64,000 nt of DNA from a virus. Numbering within the stretch: the first letter of the stretch is position 1; each line of letters opens with the position of its first letter. A program made the position numbers and the translations under genes. The notes below the pieces were generated by a model. The model did no database searches and was not told the origin of the DNA. It saw only the letters and a list, made by a program, of their open reading frames with translations. Below are positions 49,805 to 59,109 of this stretch, piece after piece. Location of the stretch: positions 1-64,000 of the IMG/VR virus record IMGVR_UViG_3300017917_003446, one strand, 5' to 3'.

Positions 49805-51508
49805 ATGAATAAAAGTGCAAAATTAGTTTTAATTACAATGTTTAAAAACGAATCTAAATCGATTCGTAGAATGCTTAAATCCACAATCGGATATGTGGAT
49901 TATTATATTTTTCAGAATAATGGTTCTGAAGACGGTACCCAGGAAATAGCTGAATCTTTTTTAAAAGAACACAATTTTCCTGGGTTTGTCTATTTGTTAG
50001 AGGAAGGGTGGAAAGGATTCGGTTGGAATAGAGATCATCTTATTCAAGTTGCACAAAAAACTGAACATGGGTGTGATTGGATTTTTAGTATTGATTGTGA
50101 TGAAGTTTTAGTTGTAGATAGTAATTTTGATTGGAATATTCTAAACAACAAAAATATTCATAGTTTTGAAGTTACTGCTGAATTTTACGGAAGTCTTTAT
50201 CAAAGAGCCAGACTTTATAATGCCAAATTTCCCTGGAGATTTAATCATGATTTAGCGCATGAAACAATATACATGGATATTCCAGAGGTGAAAGAAAATT
50301 TTAACAGATATGATTTAGATTATGGTTTTAGACAAATAGGTTATCCCGAAGGACAAAGTTGGGAATCGCCTAACAAATTTCTTTTTGATGCTTTAAACTT
50401 TGAACAAAAACTTTTAAAAGAAAATAGTATGTTAACTGATATGTATCATTTTTGGTACATAGGAAAAAGTTATTTTGATGCTATTCCTAGCAATTATCCT
50501 TTAGGATTAGATCATAAGAAAGAATTTGCAAGACGTAGTATTTTTTATTTTCTAGAATATTTAAAAATCATACATGAATTCGATACAAATATTAAAGCTA
50601 AATTTACTGATGAAAAATCTTATTACACTTTAGTTTTGATTGCCGAAGCATATTATTTTTTAAAAGATGAAGAAAATACAATAAAACATTTATATCTCGC
50701 AGAACAATTTTGCCAAGAAAGAAATGATCATTTGATAGCTTTAGCTGATTATTATGAAAAAGATAAAAATTATGAAAAAATGTTAGAGATAACAGAAAAA
50801 CTTATTGATCCTTCTAGAACAAATCCCTTTCCTAGATTGAACTTTGTTATTAATAAAAATCATTACTATAATACTGGTACTTTAGTTCAAGAATTAAATG
50901 AAAAAGCAAAAAACTATGTTAAAGAATATGCCATGTATAATTCAGCAATTAATATAGATTCAAAGAAAAGATTTTTTGTTATTGATAATTTTTACACTGA
51001 CCCTTTTAAAATAAGAGAATATGCTTTAGGTGTTAATTTTTCTGCAGATTTGAGATTTTATAAGGGAATAAGGTCTAATGAGCAACATATTTTTCAAGGT
51101 ACTAAAGAAATATTTGAATCAATTATAGGTGAAAAAATAAATCATTTTCATGAACATGAAATGTGCGGTAGATTTCAAGTATGTACATCAGAGGATCCTA
51201 TAGTATATCATAATGATAATCAAAAATGGGCAGCAATGATTTATCTTTCCCCAGATGCCCCTTTTTCTTCAGGTACTAAATTACTTGCTCATAAAGAAAC
51301 AAAGGCAAGATCATTTGAGGATAAGGGATATGAAAGAGCATTTAGTGGAGGGTTTTATGATGCTACAAAATTTGAAACTGTAGATGAAATTGGTAACGTT
51401 TTTAATAGATTAGTTATTTTTAATTCAAAATGTATACATTCAGCATCGCAATATTTTGGTACAGATAAATATTCTGGAAGATTAACACATTTGTTCTTTT
51501 TTGATTAA
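49805..51508 (+). CDS. GT2-like glycosyltransferase + TPR-like helices + 2OG-Fe(II) oxygenase (DUF6445-like) fusion
   Basis: KNE...GS.DGT...FG.NR...DCDE...HE; helical middle; IDNFY.DP..IR..AL...H.D...WAAMIYL.P...FNRLVIF....IHSA...R...LFFFD. Confidence 0.8.
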   Translation: MNKSAKLVLITMFKNESKSIRRMLKSTIGYVDYYIFQNNGSEDGTQEIAESFLKEHNFPGFVYLLEEGWKGFGWNRDHLIQVAQKTEHGCDWIFSIDCDEVLVVDSNFDWNILNNKNIHSFEVTAEFYGSLYQRARLYNAKFPWRFNHDLAHETIYMDIPEVKENFNRYDLDYGFRQIGYPEGQSWESPNKFLFDALNFEQKLLKENSMLTDMYHFWYIGKSYFDAIPSNYPLGLDHKKEFARRSIFYFLEYLKIIHEFDTNIKAKFTDEKSYYTLVLIAEAYYFLKDEENTIKHLYLAEQFCQERNDHLIALADYYEKDKNYEKMLEITEKLIDPSRTNPFPRLNFVINKNHYYNTGTLVQELNEKAKNYVKEYAMYNSAINIDSKKRFFVIDNFYTDPFKIREYALGVNFSADLRFYKGIRSNEQHIFQGTKEIFESIIGEKINHFHEHEMCGRFQVCTSEDPIVYHNDNQKWAAMIYLSPDAPFSSGTKLLAHKETKARSFEDKGYERAFSGGFYDATKFETVDEIGNVFNRLVIFNSKCIHSASQYFGTDKYSGRLTHLFFFD

Positions 51509-51511
51509 TTT

Positions 51512-52780
51512 ATGATAAATTATAGTTTTAGTATTATAACGCCAACACATAGTCCTAAAAATATTCCATTCTTACTAGAATTATATGATAGTTTAAAAGA
51601 ACAAACTTATTCTAATTGGGAATGGGTGCTGTTACTTAATGGTGATTTTTTTAATTTTCTAGTACCACCTAAAATTTTAAATGATTCACAAGTAAAAGTT
51701 TTTAGAACAAATAGTGAAAATAACAATATTGGTTTAGTGAAAAATTTAGCTTTTGGACAAGCAATAAATGATATACTAGTTGAAGTAGATCATGATGATA
51801 TATTAACTGATAATTGTCTATTAGAATTAAATTTAGCTTTTCAGGATCAAAGTGTAGGATTCGTTTATAGTGATGATGCTATTTTACATCATCAAAATAA
51901 CTTTATCCCTTATGATCCAGCATATGGTTGGACATACAGAAATTTTCATTGGAAAAATAAAGATCTAATTTCAATGAATAGTTTTGAACCGTCAAGTCAA
52001 AGCCTTTCCTTTATTTGGTTCGCGCCTGATCACGTAAGAGCTTGGCGAAAAGAAATTTATAATAGTATAGGCGGACATAATAAATCTTTATCAATTTGTG
52101 ATGATCATGATATCATGATAAGAACATATCTACATACTAAATTTTTTAAAATTAATAAACCTCTTTACATATATAGAATAACGGGTGATAATACTTCAAT
52201 AGATCACAAAAATGCAGAAATACAAATTGAAACAAGAAAAATATTCAATGAATATGCAGTAGCTCTAGCAGAAAAAGATGCTAAAGAAAAAAATTTATTA
52301 ATGATAGACTTAGGTGGAGGAATTAATGCTAAACCAGGATATACTACTATAGATTTAGAAGATGCAGATATCATAGCAGATTTAAATAATGGGATACCTT
52401 TGCCTGACAACAGTGTTGGAATAATTAATGCTAGCCATGTCTTAGAACATCTAAGAGATCCTATTAAATCTATGAAAGAAATTCATAGAGTATTAGTTCA
52501 CGGAGGATGGGCATTTATTGAAGTACCGAGTACAGACGGTAGAGGAGCATTTCAAGATCCTACTCATGTAAGTTATTGGAATGAAAATAGTTTTTTATAT
52601 TATACTGAAAAAAATATGGCCAGATTTATAAGAAATACTGATATAAGATTTTCCAAATTTAGGTGTGAAACTTTATTCCCTAATGATTGGATGAAAAGTA
52701 TAAATGCAAGCGTTGTTGTAGCATGGCTATGTTGTATCAAAGATGATTCAAAAAGATTTCCGGGAATTTGGAATATATGA
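51512..52780 (+). CDS. GT2 glycosyltransferase + SAM-dependent methyltransferase fusion
   Basis: SIITPTH; EVDHDD; CDD; IDLGGG; ASHVLEH; EIHRVL..GG...IEVP. Confidence 0.85.
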   Translation: MINYSFSIITPTHSPKNIPFLLELYDSLKEQTYSNWEWVLLLNGDFFNFLVPPKILNDSQVKVFRTNSENNNIGLVKNLAFGQAINDILVEVDHDDILTDNCLLELNLAFQDQSVGFVYSDDAILHHQNNFIPYDPAYGWTYRNFHWKNKDLISMNSFEPSSQSLSFIWFAPDHVRAWRKEIYNSIGGHNKSLSICDDHDIMIRTYLHTKFFKINKPLYIYRITGDNTSIDHKNAEIQIETRKIFNEYAVALAEKDAKEKNLLMIDLGGGINAKPGYTTIDLEDADIIADLNNGIPLPDNSVGIINASHVLEHLRDPIKSMKEIHRVLVHGGWAFIEVPSTDGRGAFQDPTHVSYWNENSFLYYTEKNMARFIRNTDIRFSKFRCETLFPNDWMKSINASVVVAWLCCIKDDSKRFPGIWNI

Positions 52781-53379
52781 AATATAAAATACCACCTTAT
52801 GCTAATAAAAATGAAGGGTTACCTTATGTTGAATGGAAAAATGCTTTTAGTGAGGATGAAATAAAAAAAATAATAAATTTGGGAGAAAATTTACCCCTTA
52901 ATGATGCAGGAATAGTTCCAGATAAAGATAAAACTGTAGTTAATTTAGATTTTAGAAGATCTAAAACATCATGGATTGACCCTAATAATCAAAGTGAATG
53001 GCTTTTTAGAAAAATAGCATTTTTAGTAAGAGAAGTAAATTCTGATTTTTATAGATTTGATATAGATGGTCTATATGAAAGTTTGCAGTATACTATCTAC
53101 AATGCCAGTGATAAAGGACACTATGATTGGCATACAGATATAGGAGTATATGGGTCGGATTCTGTTACTAGAAAAATATCTATGAGTTTACTGCTGACTA
53201 ATCCTGACGAATTTGAAGGAGGTGATCTTGAGATTTGGGGATCTAGATATGTAGTTGCCCCTAAAGAAAAAGGAAATCCGATTTTTTTTCCATCATTTTC
53301 TTTACATAAAGTATCACCTATTACTACTGGTATTCGCAAATCTTTAGTAGTTTGGATAGGTGGTCCAGCATTTAGATAG
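52777..53379 (+). CDS. Prolyl-4-hydroxylase-like 2OG-Fe(II) oxygenase
   Basis: RRS; LQYT.Y; YDWHTD; RKIS; FEGGDL; FPS...H.V.P.T.G.RKSLV.W. Confidence 0.9.
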   Translation: MKYKIPPYANKNEGLPYVEWKNAFSEDEIKKIINLGENLPLNDAGIVPDKDKTVVNLDFRRSKTSWIDPNNQSEWLFRKIAFLVREVNSDFYRFDIDGLYESLQYTIYNASDKGHYDWHTDIGVYGSDSVTRKISMSLLLTNPDEFEGGDLEIWGSRYVVAPKEKGNPIFFPSFSLHKVSPITTGIRKSLVVWIGGPAFR

Positions 53380-53394
53380 CCAAATTAGTACCCT

Positions 53395-53402
53395 TATAAA
53401 TA
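53395..53402 (+). promoter_or_regulatory. Late promoter
   Basis: TATAAATA. Confidence 0.8.
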
Positions 53403-53420
53403 TTGCTATAGGGGGAAATT

Positions 53421-53756
53421 ATGGCTGTTACATCTAATCTAGTAATAGATCAAGGTTCCAATTTTAGTATAGTTGTTAGATATTTAGACGATGACGGAAC
53501 TGCAATTGATCTGACAGGGTACCAAGCACGATCTAAAATGCGCAGATCTTATTATTCTGCGAATGCTACCACGTTTGGTGTGGATATTTCAGACCCAACT
53601 AATGGAAATGTTACAATAACATTAGATGCAAATACTACTGCTAATCTTAAAGCAGGTAGATACGTTTATGATGTAGAAGTGGTCGCTAATGCCACTTACA
53701 CTGTTACTAGAATAGTAGAAGGCACCATAACCGTTATGCCTGAGGTTAGTAAATGA
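53421..53756 (+). CDS. Small beta-sandwich virion protein
   Basis: NL.IDQGS.F; DLTGY.A...MR.SY; GRYVYDVE; RIVEG..TV.P.V. Confidence 0.75.
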   Translation: MAVTSNLVIDQGSNFSIVVRYLDDDGTAIDLTGYQARSKMRRSYYSANATTFGVDISDPTNGNVTITLDANTTANLKAGRYVYDVEVVANATYTVTRIVEGTITVMPEVSK

Positions 53757-54634
53757 CAGTAATTTTAGCAACCAAACCTAAAGCCGCGCAATTAGTTATT
53801 AATAAGGGCGGTGTTGCTGGTCCTCAAGGCGCACAAGGAGCCCCAGGCGCACAAGGCGCTACTGGTAGTATAGCAGGAATAACTACTGGAGTTATCGCAA
53901 GTACTTATGGTGGCACAGGTAATACTGCAGTGTTCTCTGTTGGTGCTAATGGGCAAATTTTATTTGCCACAAATTCAGCTATTTCAACTAGTTTCACATT
54001 ACAAGGTAACACTGGTTCTGACACTTTTAATACTGGTGATACATTAAGAATAGTAGGCGGTAATGGTATAACTACTGCTGCTACCGATAACACGATATCT
54101 GTAGCATTAACTCAAAATTTAACAGTTAATGGTAGTTTAACTGTAAGTGGTAATCTTTATGTAGAAGGTAACACTACATATCTGAATACAACAACTGCAG
54201 TTATAGAAGATGCACTTATAAAACTAGCAAACAATAATATCGCTGACACTGTCGATATAGGATTTTATGGTCAATATCAAAATGGTGGAGTAAAATATGC
54301 GGGTTTGTATAGAGATGCTGCAGACAACAAGTTTAAGTTATTTACAGGTTTAGAAGTAGATCCATCTGATCCCAATTTAGTAAGTATTCCTGCTGCTGGT
54401 TATACAAGAGGTAAACTTTTAGCTGACGTTGAAGGCGGCACAGTTTCTGAACTAATAAGTCCCATCGCTGTAGAAGATGGCGGTACGGGAGCAGCAGTAT
54501 TTACTTTGAATGGTATTTTATATGGTTTAAGTACAAGTTCTTTAGGATTTGCTACAGGTAGTAATGGTCAAGTTTTACAAATAGGTGATACCGGATCGCC
54601 TGTATTTGCCGTATTAGACGGTGGAGAATATTAA
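53753..54634 (+). CDS. Short fibre/whisker-like protein with a small collagen segment
   Basis: Short GXY run; D.GFYG.Y...AGL.RDA.D..FKLF module shared with the long fibre; occupies the wac position before gp13. Confidence 0.65.
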   Translation: MTVILATKPKAAQLVINKGGVAGPQGAQGAPGAQGATGSIAGITTGVIASTYGGTGNTAVFSVGANGQILFATNSAISTSFTLQGNTGSDTFNTGDTLRIVGGNGITTAATDNTISVALTQNLTVNGSLTVSGNLYVEGNTTYLNTTTAVIEDALIKLANNNIADTVDIGFYGQYQNGGVKYAGLYRDAADNKFKLFTGLEVDPSDPNLVSIPAAGYTRGKLLADVEGGTVSELISPIAVEDGGTGAAVFTLNGILYGLSTSSLGFATGSNGQVLQIGDTGSPVFAVLDGGEY

Positions 54635-55377
54635 TGTCTAATCCAACATCAAGACAGGGATTAATAGATTACTGTCTAAGAAAATTGGGGCATCCCGTTA
54701 TAGAAATAAACGTAGATGATGATCAACTTGAAGATCGTATAGATGAAGCTCTTGGATTTTATAGAGAGTTTCATTATGATGCTGTAGAATTAGTTTATTT
54801 AAAACATCAAATAACACAAACAGATATAGATAATCAATACTTATCTATAAGTGACGCTGTTACAGGTGTTACCAAAATATTTCCTTTTTCTAACAGGACA
54901 ACAGGTATAAACATATTTGATATTAGATATCAAATTCTTATTAATGATCTTTACAGTTTAATGTCTACTGATTTAATCTATTATTCTCAGGTAAGACAAC
55001 ATCTTGAATTAATTAATATGATGCTAATAGGGCAAAAGCCTATACGTTTTAATCGTCATATGAACAGACTATTCATTGATATGGATTGGGAAGAGGATGT
55101 TGATGTAGGAGATTACATAGTTATCGAATGCTATCGAATTCTCGATCCTGATACTTATACAGATGTTTATAATGATAGAATACTTAAAAAATATGCAGCT
55201 GCTTTAATTAAAAGACAATGGGGAGCAAATCTAAAGAAGTTTAGTGGTGTTCAATTACCCGGTGGTGTACAACTTAATGGACAAGTGATATTCGATGAAG
55301 CAATGCAAGAAATAAAAGAAATTGAAGAAGAAACAAGGAATACTTATGAGCTTCCTGTTGATATGTTTGTAGGCTAA
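54634..55377 (+). CDS. gp13: Neck protein
   Basis: YCLRKLG.PVIEINVDDDQ.EDRIDEAL; KRQWG.NL.KF...QLPGGV..NG. Confidence 0.95.
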   Translation: MSNPTSRQGLIDYCLRKLGHPVIEINVDDDQLEDRIDEALGFYREFHYDAVELVYLKHQITQTDIDNQYLSISDAVTGVTKIFPFSNRTTGINIFDIRYQILINDLYSLMSTDLIYYSQVRQHLELINMMLIGQKPIRFNRHMNRLFIDMDWEEDVDVGDYIVIECYRILDPDTYTDVYNDRILKKYAAALIKRQWGANLKKFSGVQLPGGVQLNGQVIFDEAMQEIKEIEEETRNTYELPVDMFVG

Positions 55378-55398
55378 TATCATCTAGGCTCATAGAAG

Positions 55399-55427
55399 AG
55401 AATAACACCTTGTCTATACTTTGTCAA
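55399..55427 (-). promoter_or_regulatory. Antisense sigma70-type promoter
   Basis: Minus strand TTGACA-N17-TATTCT with TGn extended -10. Confidence 0.7.
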
Positions 55428-55442
55428 TAGAAAAGAACAACA

Positions 55443-56192
55443 ATGGCAACCAATCATTATTTTCAATCAGGTATACCAATGGGGATTCGGCCAGAAAGCC
55501 ATCTCCACGAAGATCTAATAATTGAGTGCCTAAAAATTTACGGTTTCGATGTTTACTATCTTAATAGAGAATCAGTAAATGAAGATTTAATTCTTAACGA
55601 AGATCCTTTGAATAAATTTACCAGCGCATATCAAATTGAAATGTATTTGGAAAATGTAGATGGATTTGGTGGCGATGGTGATTTGATGACAAAGTTTGGT
55701 TTGGAGCTTAGAGATACTGCCACATTTATAGTATCAAGAAGAAGATGGGATTTGGAAATAGGTAGAAGTGGAAATGCTATTTTATCAAATAGACCATCTG
55801 AAGGCGATCTTATATATTTTCCATTAACTAAATCCTATTTTGAAATTAGAAAAGTTGTAGCAACTAATCCGTTTTTCCAAGTGGGACAATTGTATGTCTT
55901 TAAACTAGAATGTGAATTATATCAATACAGTTCTGAAGAAATTAGTACTCAAGATTCTACTATAGATGATAACATTACAGAACATTCATTGAATATTAGT
56001 GATTATGAAATTTTGTTAGAAGATGGTTCAAATTTACTATTAGAATACGAAGTACATTCCTCACTAATAAGAGAAGAATATAATTTAAGAGTAATAGATG
56101 TAATATCTGACAATGAAAACTTTGAAACTAATATATCAGATATTTTAGACTTTACTGAACGTAATCCTTTTGGTGAGGTCCATAATGCTTGA
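55443..56192 (+). CDS. gp14: Neck protein
   Basis: IEMY.ENV.GFGG.GD...KFGLE; RP.EGDLIYFP; PFFQ.G; FTE.NPFG. Confidence 0.95.
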   Translation: MATNHYFQSGIPMGIRPESHLHEDLIIECLKIYGFDVYYLNRESVNEDLILNEDPLNKFTSAYQIEMYLENVDGFGGDGDLMTKFGLELRDTATFIVSRRRWDLEIGRSGNAILSNRPSEGDLIYFPLTKSYFEIRKVVATNPFFQVGQLYVFKLECELYQYSSEEISTQDSTIDDNITEHSLNISDYEILLEDGSNLLLEYEVHSSLIREEYNLRVIDVISDNENFETNISDILDFTERNPFGEVHNA

Positions 56193-56934
56193 TAAATTTT
56201 ATCATAGTACAATTCGTAAATCCATTATAGCTTTTGGTAATATGTTTAATAATATTACCATAGATAGAAAAAATTCTAGTGGTGCTGTAGTACAATCGTT
56301 AAGAATACCTTTAGCATATGCCCCAAGACAAAAATTCTTAGCAAGAATAGCACAACAACCTGTAGTAGAGGAAACTAGTCAACAAGTAATATTGCCTAGA
56401 ATGTCATTTGAAATGACTGGTATAATGTATGATCCTCAAAGACGAATTAGTTTGGTGCAGCAAAACAGATCATTAAATACTTCAACTACATCTTTGAATG
56501 CTCAGTATGCGCCTACTCCTTATAATATGAATTTGAGTTTATACATTTATTCTAAAAATCAAGATGATGCTTTACAAATTGTAGAACAAATACTGCCATA
56601 CTTTAATCCAGATTATAATTTATCCTTTAAAGCTATTCCTTCCATGGGAATAACACATGATTTACCGATACTTTTAGAAAATATAACTTATGAAGATGAT
56701 TATGAAGGAGATCTAAGTACAAGAAGATCTATTATATGGACTTTAAATTTTGTAATGAAACTAAACTTCTATGGACCAATCAATAGACAAGGTATCATTA
56801 GAAGAGTGGATGTGGACACATATTCCGACGCAGAATTATCAAAACGAATTAACCAATACGATGTAACGGCATCTCCAAGTACAGCGGTACCAGGAGATAC
56901 AATAGATTTTGTTGAAAATTTTGAGGACTTCTGA
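56185..56934 (+). CDS. gp15: Tail sheath stabiliser/terminator
   Basis: FYH..IRK...AFG..FN; PLAY.P..KF; LPRMSFE; LQIVEQILPYF.P. Confidence 0.95.
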   Translation: MLDKFYHSTIRKSIIAFGNMFNNITIDRKNSSGAVVQSLRIPLAYAPRQKFLARIAQQPVVEETSQQVILPRMSFEMTGIMYDPQRRISLVQQNRSLNTSTTSLNAQYAPTPYNMNLSLYIYSKNQDDALQIVEQILPYFNPDYNLSFKAIPSMGITHDLPILLENITYEDDYEGDLSTRRSIIWTLNFVMKLNFYGPINRQGIIRRVDVDTYSDAELSKRINQYDVTASPSTAVPGDTIDFVENFEDF

Positions 56935-57347
56935 TGAAGAATATGGAAAATTTAAATGCTCTATTTAATATAGAGCCGACTCAAACCACGGCTTTAGTAT
57001 TGCCTTCTTCAAATAGAGAAGATGATAAGGATGATGACTATCAACTAGCAAGACAAACACTTCGCAAATTAATTATTAAAGGTGAAGATACTTTAGACGA
57101 GATGATTAATCTTGCTAAAAATTCAGAGCATCCAAGAACATATGAAGTTGCTGGACAACTAATTAAAACTATGTCAGATGTTGCTAAAGATTTATTATCT
57201 TTACAGAAGCAAATTAAAGATATAGACACACCTTCAAAGAATCAAGGGCAGATAGGTAATCAAACAAATAATGTTTTTGTTGGTTCTACAGACGAATTGC
57301 TTAAGTTGTTAAAGAAAGAAGACGGCAAAACAATTGAGCAACGATAA
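56934..57347 (+). CDS. gp16: Terminase small subunit
   Basis: DDY..AR; SEHPR.YEV.GQLIK; VFVGST.EL.K. Confidence 0.95.
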   Translation: MKNMENLNALFNIEPTQTTALVLPSSNREDDKDDDYQLARQTLRKLIIKGEDTLDEMINLAKNSEHPRTYEVAGQLIKTMSDVAKDLLSLQKQIKDIDTPSKNQGQIGNQTNNVFVGSTDELLKLLKKEDGKTIEQR

Positions 57348-59040
57348 TCACTCATATAACGGCAATCCAAATTTAAAGCCTATTGATTATGCTTTAAATT
57401 ATACAATGGATCAGGTAAAGGAGATACTAAAATGCTCCGGTGATCCTATCTATTTCATAGAAAATTATTGTCATATAGTATCATTAGATCAAGGCCTTGT
57501 TCTTTTTAAACTATACGATTGCCAAAAAGAGAAAGTAGATACTATTCTCAATAATCGTAAAGTGATTCTAATGGAAGGCAGGCAACAAGGCAAGACAATA
57601 ACAGCTGCTGCTTGTATCTTATGGTATACATTGTTTCAATCAAGTAAAACTGTAGCTATCCTAGCTAATAAATCATCGTCTGCCAGGGAAGTGTTGCATC
57701 GTTATCAAATAATGTATGAACATTTACCTATATGGATGCAACAAGGCGTAAAGACTTGGAATAAGGGGGATGTTGAACTTGAAAATGGATCAAGAATAAT
57801 TACTGCAGCTACAAGTTCTTCTGGTATTCGTGGTAAATCTGTGAACTGGTTATACATAGATGAGGCTGCTATTATTCCTAATACTGTTGCTGAGGATTTC
57901 TTCACATCTGTTTATCCGACGATATCAGCAGGTGAAACTACCAAAATTCTTTTAACATCTACTCCTTTGGGTTATAATCATTTTTGGAAGTTTTGGAATG
58001 AAGCAGAACAAGGCAGAAACGGATTTACGCCTTTGTTTATTCCATACAGTAGAATACCTGGTAGAACTGAGAAATGGGCTGAAGAACAAAAAGCTATGTT
58101 AGGTGAACTTAAGTTTAATCAGGAAGTTTTATGTAGATTCTTAGGTTCATCGAATACTTTAATAGCTCCAGACATTATTGGTAGAATGTCCGCTTTACCC
58201 TATATCCATTCTAAAGATGGTCTTGATATTATAGAAGAACCAATACGAACAGTAAAAGATCGTGAGGGCAAATTGGTACATAAAGGTCATATCTATATCA
58301 TTATAGCAGACACATCTAGAGGAGTTGGTGGAGATTACTCAGCATTTACTGTTATCGACATCACAGAATATCCATATAAAATAGTAGCAAAGTATAGAGA
58401 TAATAATATAAACCCATTATTGTATCCCACGGTCATTGCTAAGGTGGGTAATGATTACAACAAAGCATATGTACTAGTAGAGATTAATGATAACGGACAA
58501 CAAATTGCTAACACTATGTATATGGATTTAGAATATGAAAATGTATTAGCTGTAGGATATGATGGTAAAAACGGACAATACTTATCAGCAGGATTTAAAT
58601 CTAATACTACACTAGGTATAAGAACAACAAAACAAGTGAAACGACTAGGTTGTGCTTTGTTCAAGGGTTTAGTTGAAAACAATAAGTTGTTAATTCATGA
58701 TGCAGATATAATTTCAGAAATTTCTACATTTATAGAGTCCAAAGGTACGTATGCTGCAGACTTGGGGTATCATGATGATCTTGTAATGACATTGGTATTG
58801 TTTGCTTGGGTCACTAACGAACTTTACTTCAAGGATATGACTAATAGTGATCTGAGATTAGAATTATATGAAAATCAAATAAGAGATATAGAAGATGAAT
58901 TGACACCCTTCGGATTTGTAGATGACGGTATAGATGATCTGGCACCTGAATTAGATAAATTCGGAGGCGATCTATGGTTTCATAAAGACTTAAATGCTGA
59001 AATGGAAAAACTAAAACATAAATGGTTAGATAAAGTCTAA
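57334..59040 (+). CDS. gp17: Terminase large subunit (TTG start)
   Basis: YNGNPNLK; Walker A RQQGKT; YIDE; D..RG.G.DYS; HDDLVM. Confidence 0.97.
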   Translation: MSNDNHSYNGNPNLKPIDYALNYTMDQVKEILKCSGDPIYFIENYCHIVSLDQGLVLFKLYDCQKEKVDTILNNRKVILMEGRQQGKTITAAACILWYTLFQSSKTVAILANKSSSAREVLHRYQIMYEHLPIWMQQGVKTWNKGDVELENGSRIITAATSSSGIRGKSVNWLYIDEAAIIPNTVAEDFFTSVYPTISAGETTKILLTSTPLGYNHFWKFWNEAEQGRNGFTPLFIPYSRIPGRTEKWAEEQKAMLGELKFNQEVLCRFLGSSNTLIAPDIIGRMSALPYIHSKDGLDIIEEPIRTVKDREGKLVHKGHIYIIIADTSRGVGGDYSAFTVIDITEYPYKIVAKYRDNNINPLLYPTVIAKVGNDYNKAYVLVEINDNGQQIANTMYMDLEYENVLAVGYDGKNGQYLSAGFKSNTTLGIRTTKQVKRLGCALFKGLVENNKLLIHDADIISEISTFIESKGTYAADLGYHDDLVMTLVLFAWVTNELYFKDMTNSDLRLELYENQIRDIEDELTPFGFVDDGIDDLAPELDKFGGDLWFHKDLNAEMEKLKHKWLDKV

Positions 59041-59051
59041 AACCATTTATT

Positions 59052-59059
59052 TATAAATA
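59052..59059 (+). promoter_or_regulatory. Late promoter
   Basis: TATAAATA upstream of gp18. Confidence 0.85.
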
Positions 59060-59109
59060 AATAGTAATTTAGTTTGGCATGAAAAGTTAAAATATACAAG
59101 GAGAACAAG

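Noticed and set aside
55274-55393. 39-aa leaderless hydrophobic ORF under the antisense promoter
   Set aside because: Its hydrophobicity is what the antisense of gp13's Glu/Lys-rich end would give; no independent support
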